Source: an uncultured Methanosarcinales archaeon (GTDB lineage: Archaea > Nanobdellota > Nanobdellia > Woesearchaeales > JANQNQ01). Taken from it: a stretch of 60,442 nucleotides of DNA. Each line of letters opens with the position of its first letter. Position 1 is the stretch's first letter. A program made the translations under genes and the position numbers. Below the pieces are notes generated by a model. It worked only from the letters and a program-made list of their open reading frames with translations. It ran no database searches and was not told the origin of the DNA. This document shows positions 7,808 to 16,235 of this stretch, piece by piece. The stretch lies in assembly GCA_964550525.1 (NCBI GenBank), contig CAZJZJ010000003.1, positions 1 to 60,442 of the forward strand. The letters run 5' to 3'.

Positions 7808-8239
7808 CTAGTGTAATCCAGTACTACCAAAGCCACCTTCTCCTCGAGAAGTGCCATTTAATTCATCGACTACCTCTACTTCAGCGTACTCAACTTTGTT
7901 GATGACCATCTGTGCAATCTTTGTATTTTTTTTTATCTCAATATCTTCTTGGCCAAGATTGATTGCTATTACTCCAACTTCGCCCCTATAGTGGCAATCT
8001 ACAGTACCTGGCGTGTTAACTACAGAAAGCCCTTTCTTGATTGCAAGCCCGCTTTTAGGCCTGATTTGAGCTTCATAGCCTTCTGGAAGAGCTATCTTGA
8101 TCCCAGTTGGTATAAGCTTACGTTCTCCTGGTTTAAGTACGCAATCTAGATTAGAATAAAGGTCCATACCTGCGTCGCCTGGATGTGCATAAGCAGGTGT
8201 TTTAATATCTTCAACAAGTTTTTTTATTTTTAATCTCAT
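7808..8239 (-). CDS. dut: dUTP diphosphatase
   Basis: AHPGDAGMDLY, IRPKSGLA, NTPGTVDCHYRGE, SRGEGGFGSTG motifs. Start re-called to MRLKIKK (ATG 8239), adjacent to the upstream stop. Confidence 0.9.
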   Translation of the reverse strand: MRLKIKKLVEDIKTPAYAHPGDAGMDLYSNLDCVLKPGERKLIPTGIKIALPEGYEAQIRPKSGLAIKKGLSVVNTPGTVDCHYRGEVGVIAINLGQEDIEIKKNTKIAQMVINKVEYAEVEVVDELNGTSRGEGGFGSTGLH

Positions 8240-8240
8240 T

Positions 8241-8747
8241 TTATTCTTTTTTCCTGAAATCAAACAATGAAACAAGTTTATCTTCAAGAATCTTGCCATT
8301 GGTTGCATTTATCTTAAAATTAATTGTATTAAAGGTACAGGTTACATAGGTAACGTTCCAAACAAGACCTAACTTATTAAGGTTCTGTAAGATGTAAATC
8401 TTTTTTGATTCCAGCTCGTTAGGGTATTTCTGTTTTTTTGCTTTTTTAAGTATTGCAAATAGTTTCTCCAGATTAATTTTGGCTTTATTAAGCTCTAATT
8501 TTTTTACTTTATCATCTTCTCTTTTAAAGATGTCTTCAGCAGTACATACTATAACCTTGTTCTTTTCAAGATTAAATGGCGTGATTTTATCTTCTTTCTC
8601 TTCATAAAAACCAAACTGCCATGGTTTTTGTATCTCTTCATCTTGCATCATAAACGAGTATGAAAGATAGGCTTTAGGATGTTTTTTTTGCCAAGCCTTA
8701 AACTCCTTACTTTCTACTAGTTTTTTATAAGATTCATTTGGTTCCAT
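8241..8747 (-). CDS. Hypothetical protein
   Basis: Long ORF in an operon between speB and dut. Start re-called to MEPNESYKK (ATG 8747), giving a 14-nt overlap with speB. No motif recognised. Confidence 0.45.
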   Translation of the reverse strand: MEPNESYKKLVESKEFKAWQKKHPKAYLSYSFMMQDEEIQKPWQFGFYEEKEDKITPFNLEKNKVIVCTAEDIFKREDDKVKKLELNKAKINLEKLFAILKKAKKQKYPNELESKKIYILQNLNKLGLVWNVTYVTCTFNTINFKINATNGKILEDKLVSLFDFRKKE

Positions 8748-9624
8748 TGAATTTATACCCCAACATTTTGTATACAAGCTTAGCTGCAAGGAAATCACAG
8801 CTTACATCTCCATTAGGAGCTAATTCAACTACATCAAAACCAACCACGTTCTTCTTTTCAAATACTTTCTTAAGGAAACGTAATATAGGATACCATTTAA
8901 TACCACCTGGCACAGGTGTGCCTGTAGCTGACATTATTGATGGGTCAAACGCATCTAGATCAAAAGTAATAAAAACATTATCTGAAAGTTTGCTTATTGC
9001 TTTATCAAACCATTTATCATTGCCAACAATGTCTTTAGCATAGAAAATGTTTAGTTTTTCTTTCTTAACCAGTTCTGCTTCTTCTTCACTCATGCTTCTT
9101 ATACCTACTTGTACTGATGGTACCCCCATTTCATGGACACGAGCCATAAGTGAAGCATGACTTTCTTTACCTGCTTCGTCGAATTTTTCTCTAAGATCAG
9201 AGTGTGCATCTATCTGTAGAACTGAGAGATCGGAATACTTTTCCTTATATGATTTTACAATACCAGCAGTTATTGAATGCTCCCCACCTAACATTACAAT
9301 AAATTTGTTTTTTTCAAGATGTTTAGCTGTTTCTGTTTTTATCCTCTCAATTACATCTAAAGGCTTTCCTGAACAATCCAGTTCAGGCAGTGTATGAATA
9401 CCAACGTCTGCTATTGTTTTATCAAGTTCAATATCATATAACTCCATATTCTTAGAAGCTATAATAATAGCTTTTGGCCCTTTACTAGTATCAAGCTTGT
9501 TCCAATCCTTACCAACTATCCAAGTACGAGTTTTATCAAACGGTACTGGAAGTATAATTACTTTAGACTTACCATAGTTTGAGAACTCTGGTTCAAGTCC
9601 GCAAAAATTGTCTGGAATTTTCAT
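8734..9624 (-). CDS. speB: Agmatinase (ureohydrolase family)
   Basis: GGEHSIT, QIDAHSDLR, FDLDAFDP, VELAP Mn-binding motifs. Confidence 0.85.
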   Translation of the reverse strand: MKIPDNFCGLEPEFSNYGKSKVIILPVPFDKTRTWIVGKDWNKLDTSKGPKAIIIASKNMELYDIELDKTIADVGIHTLPELDCSGKPLDVIERIKTETAKHLEKNKFIVMLGGEHSITAGIVKSYKEKYSDLSVLQIDAHSDLREKFDEAGKESHASLMARVHEMGVPSVQVGIRSMSEEEAELVKKEKLNIFYAKDIVGNDKWFDKAISKLSDNVFITFDLDAFDPSIMSATGTPVPGGIKWYPILRFLKKVFEKKNVVGFDVVELAPNGDVSCDFLAAKLVYKMLGYKFNGTK

Positions 9625-9644
9625 TAAAGACTAGAAATTGTGCT

Positions 9645-9658
9645 TATTTATATAGTTT
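9645..9658 (-). promoter_or_regulatory. BRE/TATA promoter of speB
   Basis: Minus strand AAACTATATAAATA, 22 nt to ATG 9624. The BRE overlaps the pdaD stop. Confidence 0.6.
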
Positions 9659-10355
9659 ATTGTGCAGATGGTTCTGTAGAGTTATTGTTAAGTGGATTAC
9701 TTGAATCTGCACTTTTTTCAATAAGTTCAATCTTTTTATTAAGCTGTTCTAGATTACTTGCAAGTTGTTCTGTCTGTGCACTTAGTCCTGTAATATCTTG
9801 GGTTTTTCCAGCATCAATAACAAATACTGCTACTGCAATAACAGTTGTCCAAAGGCCATTTTTATCTGCAACTGCTGATTGAGTGATATTGCTTGTTTTA
9901 ACAATCTTACCTTGAATTTTCCATTGTTCTCTCTGCTCATCATAACTTTTATCCGGATCAATATCAAGACCCATTGTAGAAGCCAACATAGTAGCTGCAA
10001 GATCTTCTGCATAATCACCAGCAATTCTTTCTTTTTCACCAAAAGAGTGGTGTTCACTAAGATAGCCATACTGGGTTGGATCAGCTGGAATAGCTGCACC
10101 TATTGAAGCTGCAAGCAGCCTGTTTGGTTCATTAGTTTCCATTCGTGCCATAACCACAAATGTAATCTGCCCTGGATTAAGTTCAGAAACACCTTGTTTT
10201 CTTGAGATAATTTTACATCCAGGAGGCAATATGCTTGAAACAGAAACTAGATTGCAGTGTTGAACTCCTGCTGCTTTCAATGCCATCTCGAATGAATGCA
10301 ACTTCTCTTTATGCTTACCTACTCCTTTAGTGAAAAATACTTTTGTTGGAATCAT
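9657..10355 (-). CDS. pdaD: Pyruvoyl-dependent arginine decarboxylase with a C-terminal coiled-coil/low-complexity extension
   Basis: [26 protein letters not shown]...[10 protein letters not shown] (Ser-Ser self-cleavage site). About 60 extra C-terminal residues. Confidence 0.85.
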   Translation of the reverse strand: MIPTKVFFTKGVGKHKEKLHSFEMALKAAGVQHCNLVSVSSILPPGCKIISRKQGVSELNPGQITFVVMARMETNEPNRLLAASIGAAIPADPTQYGYLSEHHSFGEKERIAGDYAEDLAATMLASTMGLDIDPDKSYDEQREQWKIQGKIVKTSNITQSAVADKNGLWTTVIAVAVFVIDAGKTQDITGLSAQTEQLASNLEQLNKKIELIEKSADSSNPLNNNSTEPSAQ

Positions 10356-10380
10356 GAGGAAAGAAAAGGAAACACACTGG

Positions 10381-10388
10381 TTTATAAA
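10381..10388 (-). promoter_or_regulatory. TATA box of pdaD
   Basis: Palindromic TTTATAAA, 25 nt to ATG 10355. Confidence 0.5.
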
Positions 10389-10423
10389 TATTTTTATTTC
10401 TATTTTTTTATCGTCGTAAACAC

Positions 10424-10435
10424 AACATTTATTAA
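10424..10435 (+). promoter_or_regulatory. BRE/TATA promoter of taw1
   Basis: AACATTTATTAA, 24 nt to ATG 10460. Confidence 0.6.
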
Positions 10436-10459
10436 GCTATTTTTTATCCAAAAACCAAT

Positions 10460-11398
10460 ATGGTTTCAGAGGAAAAGAAAAAGGACCTGGAGAAGCAAGG
10501 ATATAGGATTGTAGGTAATCATAGTGCTATTAAAGTATGTATGTGGACAAAGAAAGCTGTAAGGCGTGAAGATGTTTGTTACAAAAACACATTCTATGGA
10601 ATACAGACCTGGCGTTGTATACAGATGACCCCTGCATTACATGTGTGTACGCATAGATGTCAATGGTGTTGGAGGGATATTGAGTTTACTAATCCAGAAT
10701 GGGTTGGACCCATTGATGAACCTGAAGATATTGTTGAAGGATGTATCAAAGCACATATTAAATATATGTATGGTTTTGGAGGGAATGAAAAAAGAGATGA
10801 GAAAAGGTATGAAGAAGCTTTGAAGCCATTGCATTTTGCTATTAGCCTTTCAGGAGAACCTACTTTTTATCCTAAATTGCCTGAACTGATAAATGAGATA
10901 CATAAAAGAGGTATGACTAGTTTTTTAGTTACTAACGGGACTAATCCGAGGATTTTGAAAAAACTTGTGGACAATCAACCTACACAGCTTTACATTACAG
11001 TACCTGCTCCTGATAAAGAGACCTACATTAAAGCGTGTACACCTTTGATTAAAGACGGTTGGGAAAAGATTATGGAAAGTTTAAGTTTGATTTCTAAATT
11101 TAAAAGGAATGTAATCAGGTTAACTCTTGCTAAAGATGTTAATATGATTAAGCCTGAGAAATATGCTGAATTGATAAAGAAGTTTAATCCTATGTACGTG
11201 GAAGCTAAGGCATATGTTTGGGTTGGATACAGCAGGGAAAGATTGAATATTGAGAATATGCCACGTCATCATGAAATTATAGAGTTTGCTAAGAAGATTG
11301 AAGAGAATACTGATTACAAAATAATTGATGAAAAAGAAGAGAGTAGGGTTGTGTTGTTGGCGAAGGAAGACAGAGAAGATAGGAAGATGGAGTTCTAA
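10460..11398 (+). CDS. taw1: tRNA 4-demethylwyosine synthase (radical SAM, TYW1/Taw1)
   Basis: CTHRCQWCWR radical-SAM cluster, SLSGEPTFYP, FLVTNGT; archaeal Taw1 size. Confidence 0.85.
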   Translation: MVSEEKKKDLEKQGYRIVGNHSAIKVCMWTKKAVRREDVCYKNTFYGIQTWRCIQMTPALHVCTHRCQWCWRDIEFTNPEWVGPIDEPEDIVEGCIKAHIKYMYGFGGNEKRDEKRYEEALKPLHFAISLSGEPTFYPKLPELINEIHKRGMTSFLVTNGTNPRILKKLVDNQPTQLYITVPAPDKETYIKACTPLIKDGWEKIMESLSLISKFKRNVIRLTLAKDVNMIKPEKYAELIKKFNPMYVEAKAYVWVGYSRERLNIENMPRHHEIIEFAKKIEENTDYKIIDEKEESRVVLLAKEDREDRKMEF

Positions 11399-11985
11399 AT
11401 TTCCAATATCTTACCATAAGGCCCCGGATTAACAACTAATGTTTTCTTTATTGTGTCCATCTTACCTGCACATTCATGTAGGTGACCACAGATGACTAAG
11501 GTTGGCTGTGCTTTCTTGATAAAATTTGAATAAGACCTGTTGCCGCAGTGTTCTTCCATGATTAGGTCTGTTTTGTTCCCATAAGGAGGGCCATGTAGCA
11601 CTAGAACTGATTTACTGTGCTTTTTTATTTTTTTCAATAGTTTCTTTGAATACCTTTCAAAACCCTTATCAGACATTGAAAACCCACCACCACCATAACC
11701 AATAAAGACTGTATCATAGATAACAAATGGTTTCTTGTCAATGGAGATTATATTAGTGAACATAGAAGAAGCTTTTTTGATATCATCCTCAAACTCATGG
11801 TTGCCTGGAATAACTAAAACTGGTTTACCAAGTTTGTTTAGTTCCATAAGAATAAGGTCAAGATTATTTCCAAAGACTGTAAGATCACCTGCTGCAACAA
11901 GCACATCAGCTTTTTTAGCTAGTTTCTTGACTCTCTTTAAAGCCTTATTGCTGCCGTGCATGTCAACGAATGCTAGGATTTTCAT
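11395..11985 (-). CDS. Calcineurin-like metallophosphoesterase
   Basis: DMHG, AGDL, PGNHE, LHGPP, CGHLHE motifs. Confidence 0.8.
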   Translation of the reverse strand: MKILAFVDMHGSNKALKRVKKLAKKADVLVAAGDLTVFGNNLDLILMELNKLGKPVLVIPGNHEFEDDIKKASSMFTNIISIDKKPFVIYDTVFIGYGGGGFSMSDKGFERYSKKLLKKIKKHSKSVLVLHGPPYGNKTDLIMEEHCGNRSYSNFIKKAQPTLVICGHLHECAGKMDTIKKTLVVNPGPYGKILEI

Positions 11986-12007
11986 AAGGTAAAAAGAGAA
12001 GTGGTTG

Positions 12008-12019
12008 TATTTAAAGGTT
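12008..12019 (-). promoter_or_regulatory. BRE/TATA promoter of the metallophosphoesterase gene
   Basis: Minus strand AACCTTTAAATA, 22 nt to ATG 11985. Overlaps the vWA gene stop. Confidence 0.6.
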
Positions 12020-13110
12020 TAGATAAGCGAATAATAATCTTCCAACACAATCTTATCCAGTTCTTCAATATCTTTTGCTATATACAACCGTCCTTCGCCA
12101 ATTTCAGCAATTCTTTCTGCTAGTTGCCTGCCTTTTTTATCCAAAGAAATACCTATCAAAGAGATAGTTATCCCATGCGCTCTTGCTTTTGAAACTGCTT
12201 CTAGTGTTTCTTTTTCAGGCTTTTCACCTACAGTAGGCATAGCATCTGTAAGGATGATAAGATGTTTTGTCATATCTTCATCAGGAAACATGGTTATTGC
12301 TTTATTTAGGCTTTCTTTTATATCTGTCTCACCAGAAGCACGGATATTTGAGATTTCTTTAAGTATATTAGAGAAATCAAGTGTGGGCTTGATTTCTTTT
12401 TTGACCTCTGTACCAAAAACAACTAAGCCTACTTTGTCCTTTTTGTTTATTGCTTTGTAAGCAAGAGCAATACCTGCTTTCTTGCTTAGTTCTAGCTTCT
12501 TTCCTTTCATACTTCCTGAAGCATCCATTGCATAAACAATATAAATCTGGCCCCTGCTGCTGCGTTCAAATGTTTTTAAGTCTTCAATCTCAAGTTTACA
12601 GTGTTTTCTTCTTATGGCTGTTTTGACTGATTTTTTTAATGCAATATCTCTGTATCTGTCGCCTTTTTTATAATTCTTTGTATCTAGTTTAGAACCGTAA
12701 ATAAATGTTTTTTTATGGATTTTCTCACCCATAATTCCTTTTGGTACTAAGTTGTCAAGTTCTTCTATGTATAACGTTAAAGAAGCTAGTTCAAAAGCCT
12801 TTTCTGTTATTACGCCATCTTTATCCAGGAATTTATCTTTTTTTAATTTATCAACAGAGTCCCCAATATTCTTCTTCAGAACTCTTTGGAATTCAGGGAT
12901 CTTGATGTTACGGCCAATATAATTGGGATCGTAACCTGACAAGTACTGGATAATACGTTCACCATAGATCTTCTTAACCATAGAATAGTTTTTTACCAGT
13001 TGTTCAAAGAATAAGTCTGGGGTGAAAGAAGAAATCCCGTAATTAAGTGCTTCTTTAACAATCTTACCTTTTTCTATTGTTTCTTTATCATTATCAAGAA
13101 CAAGATGCAT
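12019..13110 (-). CDS. vWA-domain protein (ChlD/MoxR-partner type)
   Basis: MIDAS DASGSM in IVYAMDASGSMKG; LILTDAMPT. Lies downstream of the AAA+ gene. The frame stays open upstream of the ATG as far as the A10 run. Confidence 0.8.
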   Translation of the reverse strand: MHLVLDNDKETIEKGKIVKEALNYGISSFTPDLFFEQLVKNYSMVKKIYGERIIQYLSGYDPNYIGRNIKIPEFQRVLKKNIGDSVDKLKKDKFLDKDGVITEKAFELASLTLYIEELDNLVPKGIMGEKIHKKTFIYGSKLDTKNYKKGDRYRDIALKKSVKTAIRRKHCKLEIEDLKTFERSSRGQIYIVYAMDASGSMKGKKLELSKKAGIALAYKAINKKDKVGLVVFGTEVKKEIKPTLDFSNILKEISNIRASGETDIKESLNKAITMFPDEDMTKHLIILTDAMPTVGEKPEKETLEAVSKARAHGITISLIGISLDKKGRQLAERIAEIGEGRLYIAKDIEELDKIVLEDYYSLI

Positions 13111-13196
13111 TAATTTATCATTAAGCTTGTTGAAGCGTAACTTACCCTCAATCTCTTCAATCGGCTCGAATTGATTAACTTTTGCTTTAGCGGATT

Positions 13197-14219
13197 TTAT
13201 AGTCTTTTTTTTTTAATTTCTCTGCCAATATTGCTTTCCATAAGTTTATCAAATTCCTTGTCTATCAACTCTCCTGGAGAAACTAGGTACTTAGCGCTTG
13301 GTTTTAAAGTTAATCTGTGGGCAAGTACAGAAACAAGTACATCTTTAATATCATCTAATATAATCTCTTTCCTGTTATTTAGCATTGCGTTGGATTGTGA
13401 ACGTTCATATAAACCAATAGACGCTCTGACACTTGGCTTTTTTTCAACTTGTTTGCTTTCTCTAAGAAGCCTTACAAAGTAGACCATAAGATTAAGTAAG
13501 TTATCAGGCACTTTAACTAGTTGTTTTCCTTTGGTTTCTACTATTTGCATTTCAAGCTCTGCTGTCTCTGGATAAGCCATATAAATCAGATCAAACCTAT
13601 CTAAAAGAACATCAGAAAGTTTCTCTGTTGAACTATCTTGTGGATTCATTGTTGCTATAAAGATAAAATCTACATCAAAATCCACATCATAGCTGCCAAT
13701 AGTAGCTTTACCTTCTTGTAGAACTTGTAATAAGGCATTCTGAAGTTTCTCAGGGCACCTGTTTAATTCGTCAAAGAAAAGCACGCCACGGTTAGCTTTA
13801 AATATTTTCCCAGGTGTAAACGCCTCTATACTTAAAGGACCGAACTTCATTGCTTTGATAGGATCAATATCACCAAGAAGGTCTTCTACAGTAAGGTCAG
13901 GGCTGCCTTGTATACGCACAAAACACTGTTCACCTGTTATTTTTTGGGTTTGTTTTTTTGACAAGGATTTGCATACAGGGCAAACTGGTTTATTAGGGTC
14001 ACAATGATAAGCACAACCTTTTACAACACTGATCTCAGGAATGATTTTAGCTACGTTTTTAGCTAGAGTTGTCTTACCTATACCTGGGCTACCAACTACA
14101 ACAATATGCCTACCCATAAGCAAAGCTGACTTAAGATGCTGTTTTACTTGATCCTGGCCAATGATATCTTCAAATGGATCTTGTTTAGCCAAGAGTGTTT
14201 GTTTGATTTGGTCATTCAT
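13197..14219 (-). CDS. AAA+ ATPase, Mg-chelatase ChlI/MoxR-like, with a Cys4 insertion
   Basis: Walker A GSPGIGKTT, Walker B VLFFDELNR, LLDRFDL, insert CAYHCDPNKPVCPVC. Ends in an A10 run (13205-14). Confidence 0.8.
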   Translation of the reverse strand: MNDQIKQTLLAKQDPFEDIIGQDQVKQHLKSALLMGRHIVVVGSPGIGKTTLAKNVAKIIPEISVVKGCAYHCDPNKPVCPVCKSLSKKQTQKITGEQCFVRIQGSPDLTVEDLLGDIDPIKAMKFGPLSIEAFTPGKIFKANRGVLFFDELNRCPEKLQNALLQVLQEGKATIGSYDVDFDVDFIFIATMNPQDSSTEKLSDVLLDRFDLIYMAYPETAELEMQIVETKGKQLVKVPDNLLNLMVYFVRLLRESKQVEKKPSVRASIGLYERSQSNAMLNNRKEIILDDIKDVLVSVLAHRLTLKPSAKYLVSPGELIDKEFDKLMESNIGREIKKKRL

Positions 14220-14244
14220 AATAGAAAAAAGGAGAATTTACCAT

Positions 14245-14256
14245 TATTTAAATGTT
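14245..14256 (-). promoter_or_regulatory. BRE/TATA promoter of the AAA+/vWA operon
   Basis: Minus strand AACATTTAAATA, 25 nt to ATG 14219. Confidence 0.65.
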
Positions 14257-14840
14257 TAGGCAAGCAATGTAAGAACCAGGCCTGCAATCACAGGTATAAC
14301 AAGATTATCATTAAGTGTATCATGTGTCAGAGATACATCTATACCTTCTACAAACATCGCTGCAAAACTTGCTATGAATGCGTGCTGCCAAGGTACAAAA
14401 AACATTGCAGCTAAGCCTGCAATAATCGCACCTACTATATGCCCTTCAATAAATTTACTGCTGCTAAAAGGATGCTTGATTTTACCATATTTTATCCCTA
14501 TAAAAGGAGAGACTGCATCACCAAAACCAAGTATAAGCATAGAAGCTATAGCTATCTTCTTTTCAAAAAGCAATACTGCAACTAAAGCACCTAAAAAATA
14601 AAACAGCATACCTCTGCCAGGAAAATGTTTCTGATCTTGCTTACGTTCAAAATTCTTGAAATACCATTTAAAGAAAGGCCATTTATACTTTCTACTTAGA
14701 GAAAAGATAAGAATTATCAGAAGCAATGCACTAAACAAGGCAATTGGGGTGAAATAATCTAGATAGATACCTATTGCAAAGAACAAACCACCTAAAACAT
14801 GCGCTGTTTGACGTTTTATTTCTTTCTTAGAGAAAGCCAT
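14256..14840 (-). CDS. Polyprenol/dolichol kinase-like membrane protein (CTP-transferase 1 superfamily)
   Basis: Polytopic. KKEIKRQTAHVLGG N-terminus and GFGDAVSPFIGIKYGK...KFIEGHIVG motif. Confidence 0.5.
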   Translation of the reverse strand: MAFSKKEIKRQTAHVLGGLFFAIGIYLDYFTPIALFSALLLIILIFSLSRKYKWPFFKWYFKNFERKQDQKHFPGRGMLFYFLGALVAVLLFEKKIAIASMLILGFGDAVSPFIGIKYGKIKHPFSSSKFIEGHIVGAIIAGLAAMFFVPWQHAFIASFAAMFVEGIDVSLTHDTLNDNLVIPVIAGLVLTLLA

Positions 14841-15433
14841 TTTTTGAATATGTGTTTATGTGCCTCTAGTTTGAAAAAACAATAACCAATTAAATAACCA
14901 ATTATACCGCCAACAATAATATCACTTAGGTAATGTACCCCCAAGTATAATCTACTGAAGGCCACAATTGATGCGAACGCTATCCAAAATAATTTTATCT
15001 TAGGAAATTCCCTATCAAGTAGAGGAATTGTTGAGAACACAATTGCTGAATGCATGCTTGGAAACGAAGGTAGTGTTGAAGTTGTTAGGTTGTTTATAGC
15101 AAGTGACAAGTAAGGCCTAGGCCGCATTATAAGATACTTCAAACCTAGGTTGATTATGAACGAGAAAAAGAAACTAAGCCATAAAGGCAGTATCCATTCA
15201 CGCTTTTTTTCTTCCCACAAAAACAAAGTTGTTACAATAATAAGCACTACAACAACTGTATATGGGTTGGACATCCATAACATAAAATCATTCACTAGAG
15301 GATATCTAAATAAAGTGATATAAGAGATTATCAGGTTATCGAAAATAAAACCGAGTATAAGTAGGAATAGAAAAATGAACCATAATACCAAAAAGCCTCT
15401 TTTTTTATTCTTATTCATTTTATAATAAAGCAA
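14816..15433 (-). CDS. PAP2-family phosphatase (polyprenyl-diphosphate phosphatase-like)
   Basis: KYLIMRPRP, PSMHS, SRLYLGVHYLSD acid-phosphatase motifs. An alternative start is ATG 15418. Confidence 0.8.
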   Translation of the reverse strand: MLYYKMNKNKKRGFLVLWFIFLFLLILGFIFDNLIISYITLFRYPLVNDFMLWMSNPYTVVVVLIIVTTLFLWEEKKREWILPLWLSFFFSFIINLGLKYLIMRPRPYLSLAINNLTTSTLPSFPSMHSAIVFSTIPLLDREFPKIKLFWIAFASIVAFSRLYLGVHYLSDIIVGGIIGYLIGYCFFKLEAHKHIFKKWLSLRKK

Positions 15434-15926
15434 AAATACCTTGTCCTGTTAAGGTTATTATTGTAACAGCTGTGCCTGCAATAAGCACACCTATAATATT
15501 TGCGATTATAAACTTTTTGAAACTTAGACCAATTGCATAAGCTCCAAGAGCTCCAGAGTATACACCGCTTCCAGGTAAGGGTACGCCGATGAATAAAGCT
15601 ACACCAAGCTCACCGTACTTTTCAACAAATGCATGTATCTTTTTCTGTGGTTTCTCTATGATTTTGTTATATAGTTTTGCGTACCAATTAAACCTTAAAA
15701 AGAACTTCACAGATATATTAAGTGCATAATAAATAAGTATACCCACAATTATGTTAGTTATTACACAGACAACAAAAACAAGTAGCCAGTTCAGACCATA
15801 ACCCTGTAAATACATACCAAAAGGCAGTTCTACTCTTCCTGACAAGATCCCTGCAGGTATACTATAACGTAATTCAAGGAAAGGCAGAAAAGTTAACAGT
15901 ATCAACATGAATATTTCTCTTATCAT
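15420..15926 (-). CDS. Small multidrug-export-like membrane protein (COG2426-like)
   Basis: LPFLELRYSIPAGI, then several TM helices. Confidence 0.55.
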   Translation of the reverse strand: MIREIFMLILLTFLPFLELRYSIPAGILSGRVELPFGMYLQGYGLNWLLVFVVCVITNIIVGILIYYALNISVKFFLRFNWYAKLYNKIIEKPQKKIHAFVEKYGELGVALFIGVPLPGSGVYSGALGAYAIGLSFKKFIIANIIGVLIAGTAVTIITLTGQGIFALL

Positions 15927-15949
15927 GCTAAAAAGAGTTTTTTGAAGAG

Positions 15950-15961
15950 TTTAAAAAGTTT
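15950..15961 (-). promoter_or_regulatory. BRE/TATA promoter
   Basis: Minus strand AAACTTTTTAAA, 23 nt to ATG 15926. Confidence 0.6.
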
Positions 15962-15962
15962 T

Positions 15963-16235
15963 TTAATTGAAAACAGCCTTACATACTCCTTCTATACATT
16001 GACAACTGCCTTGACCACAGTCTAGAGTGCCTGGTTCGCAATTCATAGTGCAGAACATCTCAGAACAATCTGGTTGTTGGTCAGAAGGTACGCATTCACT
16101 TGCATGACAACAAGCCTTTGGTACACAATCTTCGTTAGTTGCACATTCTTGTATCTTTTCTGTACATCCAACTAGAAAGACAAGCAATATTGTTAATAAG
16201 ATTAATCTCTTCATTTTTTTCTCCTCCACAACCAT
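15963..16235 (-). CDS. Small secreted Cys-rich lipoprotein-like protein
   Basis: Signal/lipobox LVFLVGC, then 15 more Cys in about 65 residues. Confidence 0.5.
   Translation of the reverse strand: MVVEEKKMKRLILLTILLVFLVGCTEKIQECATNEDCVPKACCHASECVPSDQQPDCSEMFCTMNCEPGTLDCGQGSCQCIEGVCKAVFN

Noticed and set aside
10296-10514. 72-aa plus-strand ORF spanning the pdaD start and taw1 start
   Set aside because: It runs through the divergent promoter region and overlaps both well-supported genes, and no signals support it.
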